Below are positions 19,001 to 20,000 of a stretch of 20,000 nt of DNA, one piece after another (positions within the stretch are counted from its first letter, which is position 1; every line of letters starts with the position of its first letter). The stretch is taken from IMG/VR virus record IMGVR_UViG_2711768134_000006. The stretch is one strand, 5' to 3'. This stretch comes from an uncultured virus (IMG/VR IMGVR_UViG_2711768134_000006) (taxonomy: Duplodnaviria > Heunggongvirae > Uroviricota > Caudoviricetes). Both the position numbers and the translations under genes were made by a program. The notes under the pieces were generated by a model that worked only from the letters and a program-made list of their open reading frames with translations, ran no database searches and was not told where the DNA came from.

Positions 19001-19128
19001 ATTATAATTCACCATTTGTTGTTGTACAAGGGAATGTAACTAAAGATGTAATGCCTGAATTTGAAAAGAAGATGAGGAAAATGATTGAAGAAAATAACAA
19101 AAAAATTATTTCTAATACTAGGTCTTAA
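13008..19128 (+). CDS. phage tail tape measure protein, exon 2 (spliced product 2526 aa)
   Basis: Continues the TMP core (NNYAIGTAGVAEAMKRGGS...GMITATNEAIQNPEKVGNGLKS...AIAGKQQAAIFQSLMGNY). It has hydrophobic segments, long coiled coils and a C-terminal VVVQGNV tail, and is in frame with ATG 13060. Confidence 0.9.
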
Positions 19129-19266
19129 TATATGTAATTGGTCTTTATTTATTATTCACTCATTTACTTACGTTTTATAATTTATAGTCAGATTTTTTTT
19201 GAAAATATATATTTATCTAATAAAAAATATTGTTTATAAAAAACGTATTTATGATATAATAGTAAT

Positions 19267-19408
19267 ATAAATGATATAAATTTATATCATAAAGACATAA
19301 AAAAAGAGACTACAACTATTTGTGCTAGGGTGTCTCTTCATAAATAAGCGAAGTGTTAATTAGAGGAAGAATCACCTGAATTGCCGTTCGGGTGATTCTT
19401 AATTTTTT
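19267..19408 (+). ncRNA. putative type I antitoxin RNA 1
   Basis: Extended -10 TGATATAAT (19252-19260). Ends at the hairpin AAGAATCACCTGAA..TTCGGGTGATTCTT followed by a T-run. Antisense to the 3' end of the small hydrophobic ORF. Confidence 0.7.
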
Positions 19409-19535
19409 GCAACGTTTTCTTAAACTCATCTATTTCTTTAAAGAGTCTATTTAAATTCTGAACCAACTTAATCAAACTAATAATTATAGTTGTAAGAAAT
19501 GTTATTATCGTTAACAAACAAATTAGATATTTCAT
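19356..19535 (-). CDS. putative type I toxin (59-aa membrane peptide)
   Basis: MKYLICLLTIITFLTTIIISLIKLVQNLNRLFKEIDEFKKTLQKIKNHPNGNSGDSSSN: a hydrophobic N-terminal helix and charged tail. GGGGAGGTG RBS; minus-strand promoter TGGTATAAT (19637-19629). Confidence 0.75.
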   Translation of the reverse strand: MKYLICLLTIITFLTTIIISLIKLVQNLNRLFKEIDEFKKTLQKIKNHPNGNSGDSSSN

Positions 19536-19796
19536 AATATCATATCACCTCCCCTCTTGATTTGACATGGGAAGGCTTATGTATATGAAGATTCACCCTA
19601 ATAGTTTTTTTATGTAGTCTCTAAAAATATTATACCATAAATTACCAATATGTTAAATTTAATATTATATTGTCTACAATTGTAAAAGAATATTGTGTTC
19701 TAAGAAGTTATTCTATTAATAGTATAGCTTTTTTATTTTTCAATGAAGATAATGACAACATTGACTATTTTGATAATATTGGAGTATAATAGTAAT

Positions 19797-19950
19797 ATAA
19801 ATGATATAAATTTATATCATAGGGACATAAAAAAGAGACTACAAACTATTTGCTGTAGGGTGTAGTTCTTAAAGTTAACAATAAAAAGAATAGATTTATG
19901 TATTACTTTCAGAATCACTAGACCCGCCAGTCTGGTGATTCTTTAGTTTT
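19797..19950 (+). ncRNA. putative type I antitoxin RNA 2
   Basis: TTGACT (19761), 18 bp, TATAAT (19785). The 5' part nearly duplicates 19255-19337. Terminator AGAATCACTAGAC..GTCTGGTGATTCT (19911-19942). Confidence 0.65.
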
Positions 19951-20000
19951 CTAATAGATGCTTTCAAGTTTAAGATTGCATCTATTAGCTTTGTCAAATG
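19896..20000 (-). CDS. 3' part of a second putative type I toxin (start outside window)
   Basis: ...HLTKLIDAILNLKASIRKLKNHQTGGSSDSESNT*, which parallels the end of toxin 1 (KIKNHPNGNSGDSSSN*). Confidence 0.65.
   Translation of the reverse strand, partial: HLTKLIDAILNLKASIRKLKNHQTGGSSDSESNT

Noticed and set aside
19736..19765. Possible fourth copy of the ATGACA motif (TTTCAATGAAGATAATGACAA)
   Set aside because: Only one ATGACA and the wrong spacing; could be chance in AT-rich DNA.

Overview
Very AT-rich phage DNA of Clostridium/Clostridioides type. It is most consistent with the accessory-gene-rich tail region of a large temperate siphophage or prophage (phiCD211/SPbeta-like organisation; this attribution is inference). 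In order, the window holds: a 5'-truncated LytTR response regulator, small hypothetical genes, a BRO-N remnant, a single-chain Type IIG-like restriction-modification enzyme, an XRE repressor / BRO-ANT antirepressor switch with four operators and a predicted antisense RNA, a DUF559/Vsr-like nuclease-domain protein, a SHOCT membrane protein, a lipoprotein, a very large tape measure protein (TMP) gene, and two tandem type I toxin-antitoxin-like modules. Main finding: the two TMP ORFs (492 aa and 2022 aa) are one gene split by a 289-nt ORF-less group I intron (12719-13007), and splicing restores a 2526-aa frame. The accessory genes sit in cassettes bounded by repeated terminator/promoter modules, one of which includes a duplicated stub of the TMP 5' end, suggesting tandem accretion of cassettes in front of the TMP gene.
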